Shown in pieces: positions 18,716 through 28,618 of a DNA stretch of 64,000 nt. This DNA is from Burkholderiaceae bacterium (lineage in GTDB: Bacteria > Pseudomonadota > Gammaproteobacteria > Burkholderiales > Burkholderiaceae_F). Location of the stretch: the NCBI GenBank assembly GCA_019236735.1, contig JAFAIM010000088.1, forward strand, positions 3,427 through 67,426, read 5' to 3'. The notes beneath the pieces are model-generated. The model was not told the DNA's origin and ran no database searches. It saw only the letters and a program-made list of their open reading frames with translations. The translations under genes and the position numbers were made by a program. Every line of letters starts with the position of its first letter. The stretch's first letter is position 1.

Positions 18716-18752
18716 CCGGCTGTTGCTGCAGCCGCACCAACACCGCGGGTGT

Positions 18753-19571
18753 TCAACTGCCCGGATTGTTCTTCGGGACGACGGTCCAATGCTCGGTCGG
18801 CGGCGAGTCTCCGAGCACGACGGTACCGCCCTCGCTCCACGGCGCGTGCCGGTAATCGAACGCCTTGGCGATGCGCGGCTTGACGACCTCGAAGAACGGC
18901 GAGGCGTCGAAATCGCGTGGAACGTACAGGCTGTAGTGGCGGATGCGCCAAAGCTCGCGCGCCTCCTCCTCCTGCTCCGCTTCTACCTCGCGCCTTCGCG
19001 AGATGACCGGCAAGATCGGATAACGCACCGAGTCGAACGCCTGTGCGATCAGCGTTGAACAGATCGCCCGCGTGGGATCGCCGCTGCCGAAGGCGATCAT
19101 TCGGCGCCTCAGGCGCGCCGGCAGCGGGATCGGAAACAGATAGCGCGCCAGGTCCAACACGTTCTTCAGGTCGTAACGGTGGCCCAAACGCTGGAGCGCA
19201 TACTGGATCAGGCGCTCGCGATCCTCGGCAGTCAGTTTCACCGGCCGACAGATTCGCACGCGAAAGCGGCCGTAGGCCGATAGCGGCACCGCGCGCACCC
19301 CCTCCAGGACATCGGCCTCGACCAGTGTCGTAGGCTCTCCGGCTACCTGCGGAAGCTCGGGCCTGACGCCGACGAACAGCGCGGCGTGCGACCACATCGA
19401 CTGCGTCAGGTACTTGACCGCGGCGCTCATCCGCGTGTTGCCTTCGACCAGCAGCACGTCTCCGGGCGCGAGCGTGTCGGCCACCAGGCGCGCATCCGTG
19501 CTGGTGCCGCTGGGGCGGGCGACCGGGTTTGTCAGATAAGTGGCAAGGGCTCGCCCGAGGGACTCGAACAT
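18753..19571 (-). CDS. YiiX/YaeF-like permuted papain (NlpC/P60 superfamily) hydrolase
   Basis: PGDVLLVEG...SHAALFVG followed by a catalytic-Cys context (RAICSTLIAQAF). Family assignment is by eye. Confidence 0.5.
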   Translation of the reverse strand: MFESLGRALATYLTNPVARPSGTSTDARLVADTLAPGDVLLVEGNTRMSAAVKYLTQSMWSHAALFVGVRPELPQVAGEPTTLVEADVLEGVRAVPLSAYGRFRVRICRPVKLTAEDRERLIQYALQRLGHRYDLKNVLDLARYLFPIPLPARLRRRMIAFGSGDPTRAICSTLIAQAFDSVRYPILPVISRRREVEAEQEEEARELWRIRHYSLYVPRDFDASPFFEVVKPRIAKAFDYRHAPWSEGGTVVLGDSPPTEHWTVVPKNNPGS

Positions 19572-19686
19572 GGCGCCCGTCCAAAGGGACGTGCGCCATA
19601 TTAAGTTGTCAGGGCGGAGGGGACAATGATGTGGTGCGGGCGGTGCGCCCCGCAGAAGCGCCCGATGCCGCTGCAGCGGTTCCGGC

Positions 19687-20208
19687 TTAGCGCGCGCAAA
19701 TGCGCGGATCGAGCTGAGACTCCATCTCCGGATGGCCGTAGCTCGTGCGAACCAGGCGCGTGTCCGAGTCGAACAGCACGTCGAAGCGCGCCGAATGGTT
19801 GAACTCGTCGCAGTAGCGCCACTCCCAGACCAGCTCGCGGCGGGCCGGGAAATTGCTGGTCCAATGCGGCACCGACGGGCCCAGGATGCGCAGCACGTCC
19901 TGTTCGGTCATTCCCCGCTCGATCCGGTAGAACGAGGATGAGTCCATCACGTTCTGGATGCGCACGAGCCGGCCCGACGCATCCACGTACACCATGTACG
20001 ACTGAAAGCCTGCCGGACCGCGCGGATAGGAAAGCTGAACCGAGTGGTCCGCGTCGACCCACTGCATTGCCGGCTCACCCATCGACGTGCGGACGTCCGC
20101 CAGCGTGGACCGTCCCGGCACCAGCGAGGAGCCGTCGCCAAAGCTCGCGCACCCCGCCGCCAGGCATAGCGCGCTGGTCCAGAAACCTGATCGAAGCGGG
20201 CGGCGCAT
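19687..20208 (-). CDS. lipoprotein with two BamE/SmpA_OmlA-like motifs
   Basis: Lipobox LCLAAGC. RGMTEQDVLRILGPS and a weaker first copy, STLADVRTSMGEP. Confidence 0.6.
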   Translation of the reverse strand: MRRPLRSGFWTSALCLAAGCASFGDGSSLVPGRSTLADVRTSMGEPAMQWVDADHSVQLSYPRGPAGFQSYMVYVDASGRLVRIQNVMDSSSFYRIERGMTEQDVLRILGPSVPHWTSNFPARRELVWEWRYCDEFNHSARFDVLFDSDTRLVRTSYGHPEMESQLDPRICAR

Positions 20209-20416
20209 CGTTTGTCCCGCCGGTTCAGCGAAGTCACTCCCGGCATCGCTTTAGTGCCCCCGAGCGAGCGCAAAGTTCCAGAAGAGGTCGTCCGAACGGC
20301 GGGTGACAAATTGTCATCGAAACATTCGCAAATAACTGGCAGCATTACAGGTTTTCGAAAGACCGCGCCGATGGCTCGCTTGGGGAGGCGAACCGGCGGG
20401 GACTGCGGCTGCAAAA

Positions 20417-21580
20417 ATGCAAAGCGAACACATAACAACGCCTCGCGGCCGAGTCTTTCTGTGGGGAGGGGCGGCTCTCGGCCTTTTGCTGGTCGCAGCC
20501 CTTCTTACGCACGGCTTCGGACTGATCACACCGCAGCGCGACACCGGCGCCGGGCCGCCAGCCATGATCCGACAGGGCAACCGGATCGTCGTGCCCGAGG
20601 GTTCGCCGTTGCGGCAGCAACTCGTCGTTGCGCCCGCGCCGTCGGAGGCAACCAGCGACCTGATCGTTCTGCCCGGCGTGATCGAGGCTGACCCGGCCCG
20701 GACCGCGGCCGTTTTGGCACCGCTCGCCGGCAGGATCCTCGAGCTGAAAGTGGCGCTGGGCGATCGAGTCTCGCAGGGACAGGTTCTGGCGATCATCGAT
20801 TCGCCCGACCTCGCGCAAGCGCACGACGACGACGAAAAGGCCGCCGATAGCGCCGAGCTGACCCGCAAGAAGCTCGAACGACAGCAGGGGCAGTTCAAGA
20901 TCGGTGCTGCGTCGGACCAGGATCTGGACCAGGCCCGAAGCGACTATGTACAGGCGGCCGCCGAATACACGAGGACGCAGGCGCGTCTGAAGGTTCTGGG
21001 CGCTGTCGCCGATACCGGCCAACGCACGGCGCACCTGGCGGTGCGGGCTCCGATCGGTGGCAGCGTAACCGCACTGTCGGTAGCGCCTGGAAACATGGTC
21101 AACGATCCGACGCAGCCACTGATGACGATCGCCGACCTGGGCGTTGTTTGGGTAACAGCGCTGGCCGCTGAAAAGGACCTGGAGTCCGTTCAGAAGAACC
21201 AGGATGCGGAGGTCCGCCTCGCGGCGTATCCGGAGCGCTTGCTGGCGGGCAAGGTTCTGTTCGTGAGCGACGTGATCGAGCCGGACTCGCGCCGCGCCAA
21301 GCTTCGGATTGCCTTTTCGAACGACGGCTACCGGCTCAAGCCGAACATGTTCGCGACGGTGACGCTACATGGCCCGAAGCAGACCCGAACGGTGCTACCG
21401 ACTTCAGCGCTGTTGATCAACAACGATCGCACCACCGTGTTCGTCGCCACCGCGCCGTGGACGTTCGAGCGCCGCACGGTCGAGACGCAACTGGAAGAAG
21501 GTTCCAGCGTGACGATCCGCTCCGGCATTCAGGCGGGGGAGCAGGTCGTCATCAAGGGCGGGATCCTGCTCAATGATTGA
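20417..21580 (+). CDS. RND efflux periplasmic adaptor (CzcB/HlyD family)
   Basis: N-terminal TM anchor plus biotinyl-lipoyl-like and beta-barrel regions. Overlaps the downstream RND pump start. Confidence 0.8.
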   Translation: MQSEHITTPRGRVFLWGGAALGLLLVAALLTHGFGLITPQRDTGAGPPAMIRQGNRIVVPEGSPLRQQLVVAPAPSEATSDLIVLPGVIEADPARTAAVLAPLAGRILELKVALGDRVSQGQVLAIIDSPDLAQAHDDDEKAADSAELTRKKLERQQGQFKIGAASDQDLDQARSDYVQAAAEYTRTQARLKVLGAVADTGQRTAHLAVRAPIGGSVTALSVAPGNMVNDPTQPLMTIADLGVVWVTALAAEKDLESVQKNQDAEVRLAAYPERLLAGKVLFVSDVIEPDSRRAKLRIAFSNDGYRLKPNMFATVTLHGPKQTRTVLPTSALLINNDRTTVFVATAPWTFERRTVETQLEEGSSVTIRSGIQAGEQVVIKGGILLND

Positions 21581-24500
21581 CCAGTTTGTCGAGCTGTGTC
21601 TGCGGCACCGCAACGCGATGATCGTGCTCGCGTTGCTCGCCGGCGCTTTCGGCGCCTATTCGTGGAAGACGCTTTCGGTTGAAGCCTACCCGGACCTGGG
21701 CGACGTCGCCGCTCAGGTGACGACCCAGATGCCGGGACTGGCCGCCGAGGAGGTCGAGCAGCTGATCACGGTGCCGCTGGAGAGGCAGATCAACGGCACG
21801 CCAGGCCTGCTGCTGATGCGCTCGTCGAGCACCTTCGGCCTATCGCTGATCACGGTGCTATTTCGGGACGGCAGCGAGGACTACTGGGCCCGCCAGCGCC
21901 TGCTCGAACGGATCGGCCAGGCGACGCTGCCGGCTGGCGCGTCGCCTTCGCTCGACCCCGTTTCGGGACCGGCTGGAGAAATCTACCGGTACACGCTCGA
22001 ATCGACCGAAAAGAACTTGCAGGAGCTGTCGGAGATCCAGCGATGGACCGTGATTCCGGCGATCCGGTCCGTGCCGGGTGTGGTCGACGTGACCAACTTC
22101 GGCGGCTTCACCACCGAGTACCAGCTCGACCTCGACCCCGACCGCTTGCAGCAATACGGCCTTGGCGTCGGCGACGTGATCAATGCAATCAACTCCAACA
22201 ACACGAACGCGGGGGGCGGGCGCGTCTCGCGCGGCGATCAGAGCTACGTGATTCGCGGCGTCGGTCTGATTCGCTCCCTCGGCGATATCGGCGCAACCGT
22301 TGTCAAGCAGAACAACGGTACGCCCGTGCTGGTGCGCGACCTCGGTCACACCACGCTGAGCCACCAGGAACGCGAGGGAATCCTCGGCAAGGACGGCAAT
22401 CCGGACACGATCGAAGGCATCGTGCTGATGCTCAAGTACCAGAACCCTTCGGAGACGCTGCGCGGAATCCATTCCAAGGTAGCCGAGTTGAACGCGCGGC
22501 TGGCGAGCTCGAATGTGCGCATCGTTCCCTATATCGACCGGGACGATCTGGTGCGGTCCACAATCGAAAAGGTCGGCCGAACGATCGCCGAAGGAATCGG
22601 CCTGGTGTTCCTGATCCTGATCTTGTTCCTGGGCAGTCCGCGTAGCGCGTTGGTGGTGGCGGTTTCGATTCCGATGGCGCTGGTGGCGGTGTTTTCGTTT
22701 CTGAAAGTCGGCAAGGTATCGGCCAACCTGCTGTCGCTCGGGGCAATCGATTTCGGCATTCTGGTCGACGGCGCCATCGTCGTCGCTGAGTCGGTGCTTC
22801 GCAGGCGGGAAGCCACCCCCGACGAAGAGTTGAGCGAAAGCGAGGTACGTGCAGCAGCGGTCCAGGTGAGCCGGCCGATCTTCTTCGCCAGCCTGATCAT
22901 CATCACCGCGTATTTGCCGCTGTTTTCCTTCGAACGTGCCGAGGCCAAGCTTTTCACGCCGATGGCATACACGATGGCTTTCGCGCTGTTTGGAGCACTG
23001 CTCACTGCGCTGGCGCTGGTTCCGGGCCTGGCGTACTACGCGTTCCGCAATCCGGCCAGGGTCTATCACAATCGGTGGCTGGAGCGCCTGACGCAAACGT
23101 ATGACCGCATGCTGGGCGCCTGCCTGGACGAGCCGCGCATCATCTACGGCGTCGCGATCTTCGCGGTACTCGCGGTGGTCGGCCTGGGCGCCACGGTCGG
23201 CCGCGAATTCCTGCCCGACCTGGACGAAGGTGCCCTCTGGCTGCAGGTGCAGATGCCGAGCGGCCTGGCGCTGAATAAGGCGAGCGATATGGCGAGCGAG
23301 CTGCGGCGCGCGGTGCTCAAGCATCCCGAGGTGTCGTACGTCGTCACGCAGACCGGGCGCAACGACGACGGTACGGATCCTTGGACGATGTCGCACATCG
23401 AGGTGCCGATAGGCTTGAAGTCGTACGACACCTGGCCCTCAGGAGAAACAAAGAAGGATTTCGTGGGACATTTTGCCGACGACCTGGCCAAAGACCTACC
23501 CGGCTTTTCGATCGGCATCAGCCAGCCGATCATCGACGGCGTCAACGACATGATCGGCGGCGCCCACAGCCCACTCGTGATCAAGATCTTCGGCGACGAT
23601 CTCGACGAGTTGCGCAAGATCGGCACCCAGATCGTCGATGTTCTGTACACGATTCAGGGAACGTCGAGCGCTTCGATCTTCCAGGAGCCACCGATTCCGC
23701 AGGTCGAAGTCCGGTTCGACCGCGAGCGGGCCGCGCGCTACGGCGTCGCGATGAACGATGTGCTGAACCTGATCCAGACGGGTGTCGGGCAGGCGCCAAT
23801 CTCGACCGTCTACGTCGGCGAGAGGACCTATCCGCTGACGGTCCGCCTCGTCGAGAATGCACGCAACCGCCCCGAGGCGCTTGCCAATCTTCCGATCCTG
23901 ACAGCCTCCGGCGTCCAGGTGCCGCTTTCCCAAGTTGCCGATGTGCGGCTGCACACGGGCGAGAGCATCGTCACGCGCGAAATGGGACAGCGCAACCTGA
24001 CGATTCGCATCGACAACCGCGACCGCGATCTGAGCTCGTACCTGGAAGAAGCGCAATCGAAAATCTCGCAACAGGTGCATTTCGATGCGAACCGGGTCCG
24101 CCTGGAGTGGGGCGGCCAGTTCGAGAACCAGCGTCGCGCCGAAGCACGTCTGCTTTTGATCCTGGGAATGGTGATGGGACTGATGCTGATCTTCCTGACG
24201 GTGGGCACTGGCTCGCTGAGGCAGGCGGCGCTGATCCTGGGCGTCGTGCCCCTTGCGACGCTGGGCGGGCTGCTTTCGCTGCACCTGACCGGTGAGAACC
24301 TGAACGTTGCCACCGGGGTGGGCTTTATCGCCCTTTTCGGCGTCGCGGTGCAGAACGGAATCATCATGGTGGCCAACCTGAACAGGATGCGCAGGGCAGG
24401 CCTTGAGCTGCACGAGGCCGTGCTGAAAGGGGCGACCGAGCGGCTGCGTCCAGTGCTGATGACGGCGACCGTGGCGACGCTCGGAATGCTTCCGGCGGCG

Positions 24501-24662
24501 ATCCACACCGGCGTGGGCAGCGATGTGCAGCGCGGTATCGCTACCGTCGTCGTCGGTGGTTTGGCCATCGCGACGCTGCTGACGCTGTTCGTATTGCCGT
24601 CGATGTACCACGTGATCGAGCACGTTACCGAGCGGCGGCTGGGCCCAGTGGCGGGGGGTTGA
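21573..24662 (+). CDS. CusA/CzcA-family heavy-metal RND efflux pump
   Basis: 1029 aa with 12-TM RND architecture. MIDQFVELCLRHRN N-terminus is typical of the HME-RND family. Confidence 0.85.
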   Translation: MIDQFVELCLRHRNAMIVLALLAGAFGAYSWKTLSVEAYPDLGDVAAQVTTQMPGLAAEEVEQLITVPLERQINGTPGLLLMRSSSTFGLSLITVLFRDGSEDYWARQRLLERIGQATLPAGASPSLDPVSGPAGEIYRYTLESTEKNLQELSEIQRWTVIPAIRSVPGVVDVTNFGGFTTEYQLDLDPDRLQQYGLGVGDVINAINSNNTNAGGGRVSRGDQSYVIRGVGLIRSLGDIGATVVKQNNGTPVLVRDLGHTTLSHQEREGILGKDGNPDTIEGIVLMLKYQNPSETLRGIHSKVAELNARLASSNVRIVPYIDRDDLVRSTIEKVGRTIAEGIGLVFLILILFLGSPRSALVVAVSIPMALVAVFSFLKVGKVSANLLSLGAIDFGILVDGAIVVAESVLRRREATPDEELSESEVRAAAVQVSRPIFFASLIIITAYLPLFSFERAEAKLFTPMAYTMAFALFGALLTALALVPGLAYYAFRNPARVYHNRWLERLTQTYDRMLGACLDEPRIIYGVAIFAVLAVVGLGATVGREFLPDLDEGALWLQVQMPSGLALNKASDMASELRRAVLKHPEVSYVVTQTGRNDDGTDPWTMSHIEVPIGLKSYDTWPSGETKKDFVGHFADDLAKDLPGFSIGISQPIIDGVNDMIGGAHSPLVIKIFGDDLDELRKIGTQIVDVLYTIQGTSSASIFQEPPIPQVEVRFDRERAARYGVAMNDVLNLIQTGVGQAPISTVYVGERTYPLTVRLVENARNRPEALANLPILTASGVQVPLSQVADVRLHTGESIVTREMGQRNLTIRIDNRDRDLSSYLEEAQSKISQQVHFDANRVRLEWGGQFENQRRAEARLLLILGMVMGLMLIFLTVGTGSLRQAALILGVVPLATLGGLLSLHLTGENLNVATGVGFIALFGVAVQNGIIMVANLNRMRRAGLELHEAVLKGATERLRPVLMTATVATLGMLPAAIHTGVGSDVQRGIATVVVGGLAIATLLTLFVLPSMYHVIEHVTERRLGPVAGG

Positions 24663-24663
24663 C

Positions 24664-26163
24664 TTGATCCGAAACTGGCGCACCGCTGCGACCGCCACCT
24701 TGGCTGCCGGCCTGGCGGCGTGCTCGGTCGGCCCGCAGTACAAACCGCCCGAAGCGCCGCGGGCGCCGGACTACGGTGCCGCGCCCGCTGCGGGCTCGGT
24801 CCTTGCGCCAGAGGAAGGCGCCGCAAGCGCGCAGCGCTTCGTCGCAGGCATGGACATACCCGGCGAGTGGTGGCAGCTCTTCGGATCGGCCAAACTCTCC
24901 GGCCTGATAGAGGATGCGCTCAAGGCCAATCCCAACATCGCGGCCGCGCAGGCCGCGCTCAAGCAGGCGCACGAGCTCAGCGCAGTTCAATGGGCAGCTT
25001 TGCTTCCGACCGTGCAAGCGAGCTTTAGCGCCCAGCGCGCCAAAAACCCAAGCGCCACGATCGCCCCCCCGACCGTGGCAACGGATCCGGTCTACAGCCT
25101 TTACACGCCCCAGCTGACGTTGAGCTACAGCGCTGATGTGTTCGGCGCAACGCGCCGATCGGTCGAGGCCGCGCGCGCGCAAGAGCAGGCGAGCAAATTC
25201 CAGCTCGAGGCAACCTACCTCACCTTGAGCAGCAGCGTCGTCGTGACCGCGGTGCAGGAGGCTTCCTTGCGGGGCCAGATCAGCGCCACTGAGCGACTGC
25301 TGCAACTACAGCACGAGCTGACCGAGAACATCCGCAGCCGGCGCTCGCTCGGAACGGCCAGCGAGCTTGATCTGTTGACCCAGCAATCGGCGGAAGCCCA
25401 AACCGCCGCGACCCTTCCGCCTCTTCGCAAGCAACTGTGGCAGACGCGCGACGCTCTGACTGCCCTGCTCGGGCGGCTTCCGTCGGACGAGCCGAAGGAG
25501 ACGTTCGATCTGGGCGAATTGACTTTGCCGCAGGAGCTGCCTATCAGCTTGCCATCCGAGCTAGTCAGGCAGCGGCCCGACGTGCGCCAGGCCGAGGAAA
25601 ATCTGCATGCGGCGACCGCGGAAGTCGGCGTGGCCGTGGCGGGGCTCCTGCCGCAGTTCTCGATCAACGCGCAAACGGGATCGAGCGCCTTCGATGTCGG
25701 CCGGCTTTTCAGCCCGTACACCGCATTCTGGAGCGCGGGCGCTTCGCTATCGCAAACGCTGTTTGACGGCGGCGCCCTGCTGCATCGGCGACGCGCTGCC
25801 GAAGCTGCGCTGGACGCGGCTGCGGCACAGTACCGCTCTACCGTGATCCTGGCGTTCCAGAACGTGGCCGACACGCTGCGGGCACTGCAAGCCGATGCGG
25901 ACGCGGTCAAGGCGAGTTTGGACGCTGATCGAGCAGCCTGGGAGACGCTGCAGACTGCTCGGCGCCAGTACCAGCTCGGCACGATCAGCTTCGTCGCAGT
26001 CATGACCACAGAGCAGGCCTACCAGCAGGCCGAGCTCGCGTTGGTGCAGGCCAGGGCCAGCAGGTATGCAGACACCGCTGCGCTTTTTCAGGCGCTCGGC
26101 GGCGGCTGGTGGAATCGTCCGGGAGAGGTGCTCGATGAACAGTCTGGTTCTAAGGTCCGATGA
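24664..26163 (+). CDS. RND efflux outer-membrane factor lipoprotein (NodT family)
   Basis: Lipobox LAACS followed by GPQYKPP. C-terminal ALGGGW motif. TTG start. Confidence 0.85.
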   Translation: MIRNWRTAATATLAAGLAACSVGPQYKPPEAPRAPDYGAAPAAGSVLAPEEGAASAQRFVAGMDIPGEWWQLFGSAKLSGLIEDALKANPNIAAAQAALKQAHELSAVQWAALLPTVQASFSAQRAKNPSATIAPPTVATDPVYSLYTPQLTLSYSADVFGATRRSVEAARAQEQASKFQLEATYLTLSSSVVVTAVQEASLRGQISATERLLQLQHELTENIRSRRSLGTASELDLLTQQSAEAQTAATLPPLRKQLWQTRDALTALLGRLPSDEPKETFDLGELTLPQELPISLPSELVRQRPDVRQAEENLHAATAEVGVAVAGLLPQFSINAQTGSSAFDVGRLFSPYTAFWSAGASLSQTLFDGGALLHRRRAAEAALDAAAAQYRSTVILAFQNVADTLRALQADADAVKASLDADRAAWETLQTARRQYQLGTISFVAVMTTEQAYQQAELALVQARASRYADTAALFQALGGGWWNRPGEVLDEQSGSKVR

Positions 26164-26893
26164 TCGCGGCGCCGCCACGCTGACGCTGAATCGCCCGGAG
26201 AAGCTGAACGCGCTCACCAAGGAGGTGTTCGAAGCGCTGGAGGAGCACGTCGACAAACTGGCGCACGAAACGAAGACGGTCGGCTTGGTGATCCTGCGCG
26301 GCGCCGGCGCCAACTTCTCGTCCGGCTACGACTTGTCCGAAGTACAGCAATACATCAAGGCACACGCCAAGCCCCACTTTCATTCGGAAGTGATCGAAAA
26401 GGTGGCGAAGCTGCCGCAACCGGTGATCTCGGCCGTACAGGGGCACTGTTCGACCGGTGCCCTGGAACTTGCGCTGGCCGGCGACCTGATCGTCGCTTCC
26501 GAGTCAGCGCAGTTCGCCGATGTGTATTCGCGCTGGGGCTTGACCCCGATCTGGGGTCTGAGCCTGCGGCTGCCGCACCGGGTCGGAGCGGCCAAGGCGA
26601 GCGAGATGATGCTCACCTGCCGCACCTACTCGGGAATCGAGGCGCAGCACATGCACCTGGCAAACCTTTGCTTTCCGGACGACCAGTTCGATGCGCAACT
26701 GGCGGCGTTGACCGCCGATATCCTGGCCAATTCGTGGTACGCGAATCGCGTGAACAAGCACGCGCTGATCGAAAGCGACAGTCTGACGCTGGAGCAGGCC
26801 CACTCGCTGGAGCTTTTCAAGAACGAGGGCGTGGCTCCGGATGCCGCTCAGCGCGTTTCGAAATTCCTCAAGAAAGGGGCGAAGGGCGCTTGA
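26135..26893 (+). CDS. enoyl-CoA hydratase/isomerase (crotonase family)
   Basis: ATLTLNRPEKLNAL with a GAGANFSSGYDL oxyanion-hole region. ATG 26135 lies within track ORF 26066..26893. Confidence 0.8.
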   Translation: MNSLVLRSDDRGAATLTLNRPEKLNALTKEVFEALEEHVDKLAHETKTVGLVILRGAGANFSSGYDLSEVQQYIKAHAKPHFHSEVIEKVAKLPQPVISAVQGHCSTGALELALAGDLIVASESAQFADVYSRWGLTPIWGLSLRLPHRVGAAKASEMMLTCRTYSGIEAQHMHLANLCFPDDQFDAQLAALTADILANSWYANRVNKHALIESDSLTLEQAHSLELFKNEGVAPDAAQRVSKFLKKGAKGA

Positions 26894-26929
26894 GCCCGGA
26901 CCTCGGCGCGCCGAATCCCCTAAAGCCAT

Positions 26930-26947
26930 ATGTCATCGTTTTGTCTT
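26930..26947 (+). promoter_or_regulatory. candidate Pho box upstream of pit-ppk2
   Basis: aTGTCAT-cgtt-TTGTCTT. Two 7-mers with an 11-nt period match 6/7 and 5/7 to the enterobacterial CTGTCAT repeat. Located 54-71 nt upstream of ATG 27001 in an AT-rich spacer. Confidence 0.3.
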
Positions 26948-27000
26948 ATTCGCCCACTAGATTTTTCTGTTCCCCACATAAAAGCAAGGGCGACGCCAAA

Positions 27001-28611
27001 ATGACAACCGCATCCGCCGCCTTGCCGGCCGAACCCGCGTCCTCGCGTCCGCATCTGGACCAGAAGGCCGGGCTGGTCGCCTCTTTGGTCTTCCTCGGGC
27101 TGCTCGGGGTCGGCTTGCTGTTCAGCGGATATAGCCTGGTCACCGACATCGCCGCTGCCGGCGGGATCGCGGTCACGTGGTTGCCGTACATCTTGCTCGG
27201 AGTTGCGCTGCTGATCGCGCTGGGCTTCGAGTTCGTCAACGGGTTTCACGACACGGCCAACGCCGTTGCTACGGTGATTTATACGCACTCGCTGCCGGCC
27301 ACCTTCGCGGTCCTGTGGTCGGGCACATTCAACTTCCTGGGCGTGCTGGTGTCGAGCGGAGCGGTCGCTTTTGGAATCATCTCGCTGCTACCGGTGGAGC
27401 TGATCCTGCAGGTCGGCTCCAGCGCCGGCTTTGCGATGGTGTTTGCACTTCTGATCGCCGCCATCGTCTGGAACCTGGGCACTTGGTGGCTGGGGCTGCC
27501 CGCATCGTCGTCGCATACGCTGATCGGCTCGATCCTGGGGGTTGGACTCGCGAACGCGCTGATGCATGGACGCGACGGCACCAGCGGGGTCGACTGGGCA
27601 CAGGCGACCAAGGTCGGATATTCATTGCTGCTATCGCCGCTGGTCGGTTTCGTGTTTTCTGCGCTGGTGCTGCTCGTGTTGCGCGCGCTGGTGCGGCGTC
27701 CCGAGCTTTACAGGGAACCCAAGGGGCGGACGGCGCCGCCGTGGTGGATCCGCGGGATCCTGGTTCTGACCTGCACCGGCGTGTCGTTCGCGCACGGCTC
27801 CAACGACGGACAAAAGGGGATGGGGCTGATCATGTTGATTCTGGTCGGCACCGTACCCACCGCGTACGCGTTGAACCGGGCGATGCCGGCCTCGCACATG
27901 ACGCAGTTTGTCGCCGTCGCTCAGGTGACGCGGCAAGCGCTCGGCGCTGACATCCCCCAGGTAGCGCCGGCCGACGCTCGCGCCACCTTATCGGAGTACG
28001 TGCGCACGCGGCAGCCCAACGATCACCTGGTCCCCGCGTTGGCGCAGGTGATCGGTGACATCGGCGAGCAGGTCAAACAAAACGGCTCGCTGGCGCGAGT
28101 TCCAATCGAAGCGGTTGGCAACGTGCGCAACGACATGTACCTGGTGTCCGAGGCGGTTCGCTTCCTCGACAAGAACACCGCGGTCAGCATCGGCGCGGAA
28201 GCGCGGGCCGACCTGAAGGCTTTCAAGAAGGAGATTGACAGCGCCACCAAGTTCATCCCATTGTGGGTCAAGGTCGCGGTTGCGGTAGCGCTGGGCCTCG
28301 GCACGATGGTCGGGTGGAAGCGGATCGTCGTGACGGTTGGCGAGAAGATCGGCAAAACGCACCTGACGTACGCGCAGGGTGCGTCGGCAGAGCTCGTGGC
28401 AATGGCCACGATCGGGGCGGCCGACGCGTTCGGCCTTCCGGTCTCGACGACCCATGTCCTGTCTTCCGGCGTTGCCGGAACGATGCTCGCGAATGGTTCG
28501 GGCCTGCGCTGGTCGACGGTGCGAAATCTGCTCATGGCGTGGGTGCTGACGCTGCCGGCTGCGATCGTGCTGTCCGGGTCGCTGTACTGGCTGTTCGCCC
28601 GCCTTTTCTGA
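27001..28611 (+). CDS. PiT-family inorganic phosphate transporter
   Basis: Signature motifs NGFHDTANAVAT and AHGSNDGQKGMG. 536 aa from ATG 27001. Confidence 0.85.
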   Translation: MTTASAALPAEPASSRPHLDQKAGLVASLVFLGLLGVGLLFSGYSLVTDIAAAGGIAVTWLPYILLGVALLIALGFEFVNGFHDTANAVATVIYTHSLPATFAVLWSGTFNFLGVLVSSGAVAFGIISLLPVELILQVGSSAGFAMVFALLIAAIVWNLGTWWLGLPASSSHTLIGSILGVGLANALMHGRDGTSGVDWAQATKVGYSLLLSPLVGFVFSALVLLVLRALVRRPELYREPKGRTAPPWWIRGILVLTCTGVSFAHGSNDGQKGMGLIMLILVGTVPTAYALNRAMPASHMTQFVAVAQVTRQALGADIPQVAPADARATLSEYVRTRQPNDHLVPALAQVIGDIGEQVKQNGSLARVPIEAVGNVRNDMYLVSEAVRFLDKNTAVSIGAEARADLKAFKKEIDSATKFIPLWVKVAVAVALGLGTMVGWKRIVVTVGEKIGKTHLTYAQGASAELVAMATIGAADAFGLPVSTTHVLSSGVAGTMLANGSGLRWSTVRNLLMAWVLTLPAAIVLSGSLYWLFARLF

Positions 28612-28618
28612 GCTCAAG

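Noticed and set aside
19687-20208. Lipoprotein considered as the missing TssJ
   Set aside because: It carries BamE/SmpA_OmlA-like GMT..DV...LG motifs rather than anything TssJ-like. It is on the opposite strand and separated from tagF by another gene.
21858-24826. Minus-strand ORFs 21858..23396, 23496..24743 and 23828..24826
   Set aside because: Antisense to the RND pump gene. No recognisable domains. A typical high-GC artefact.
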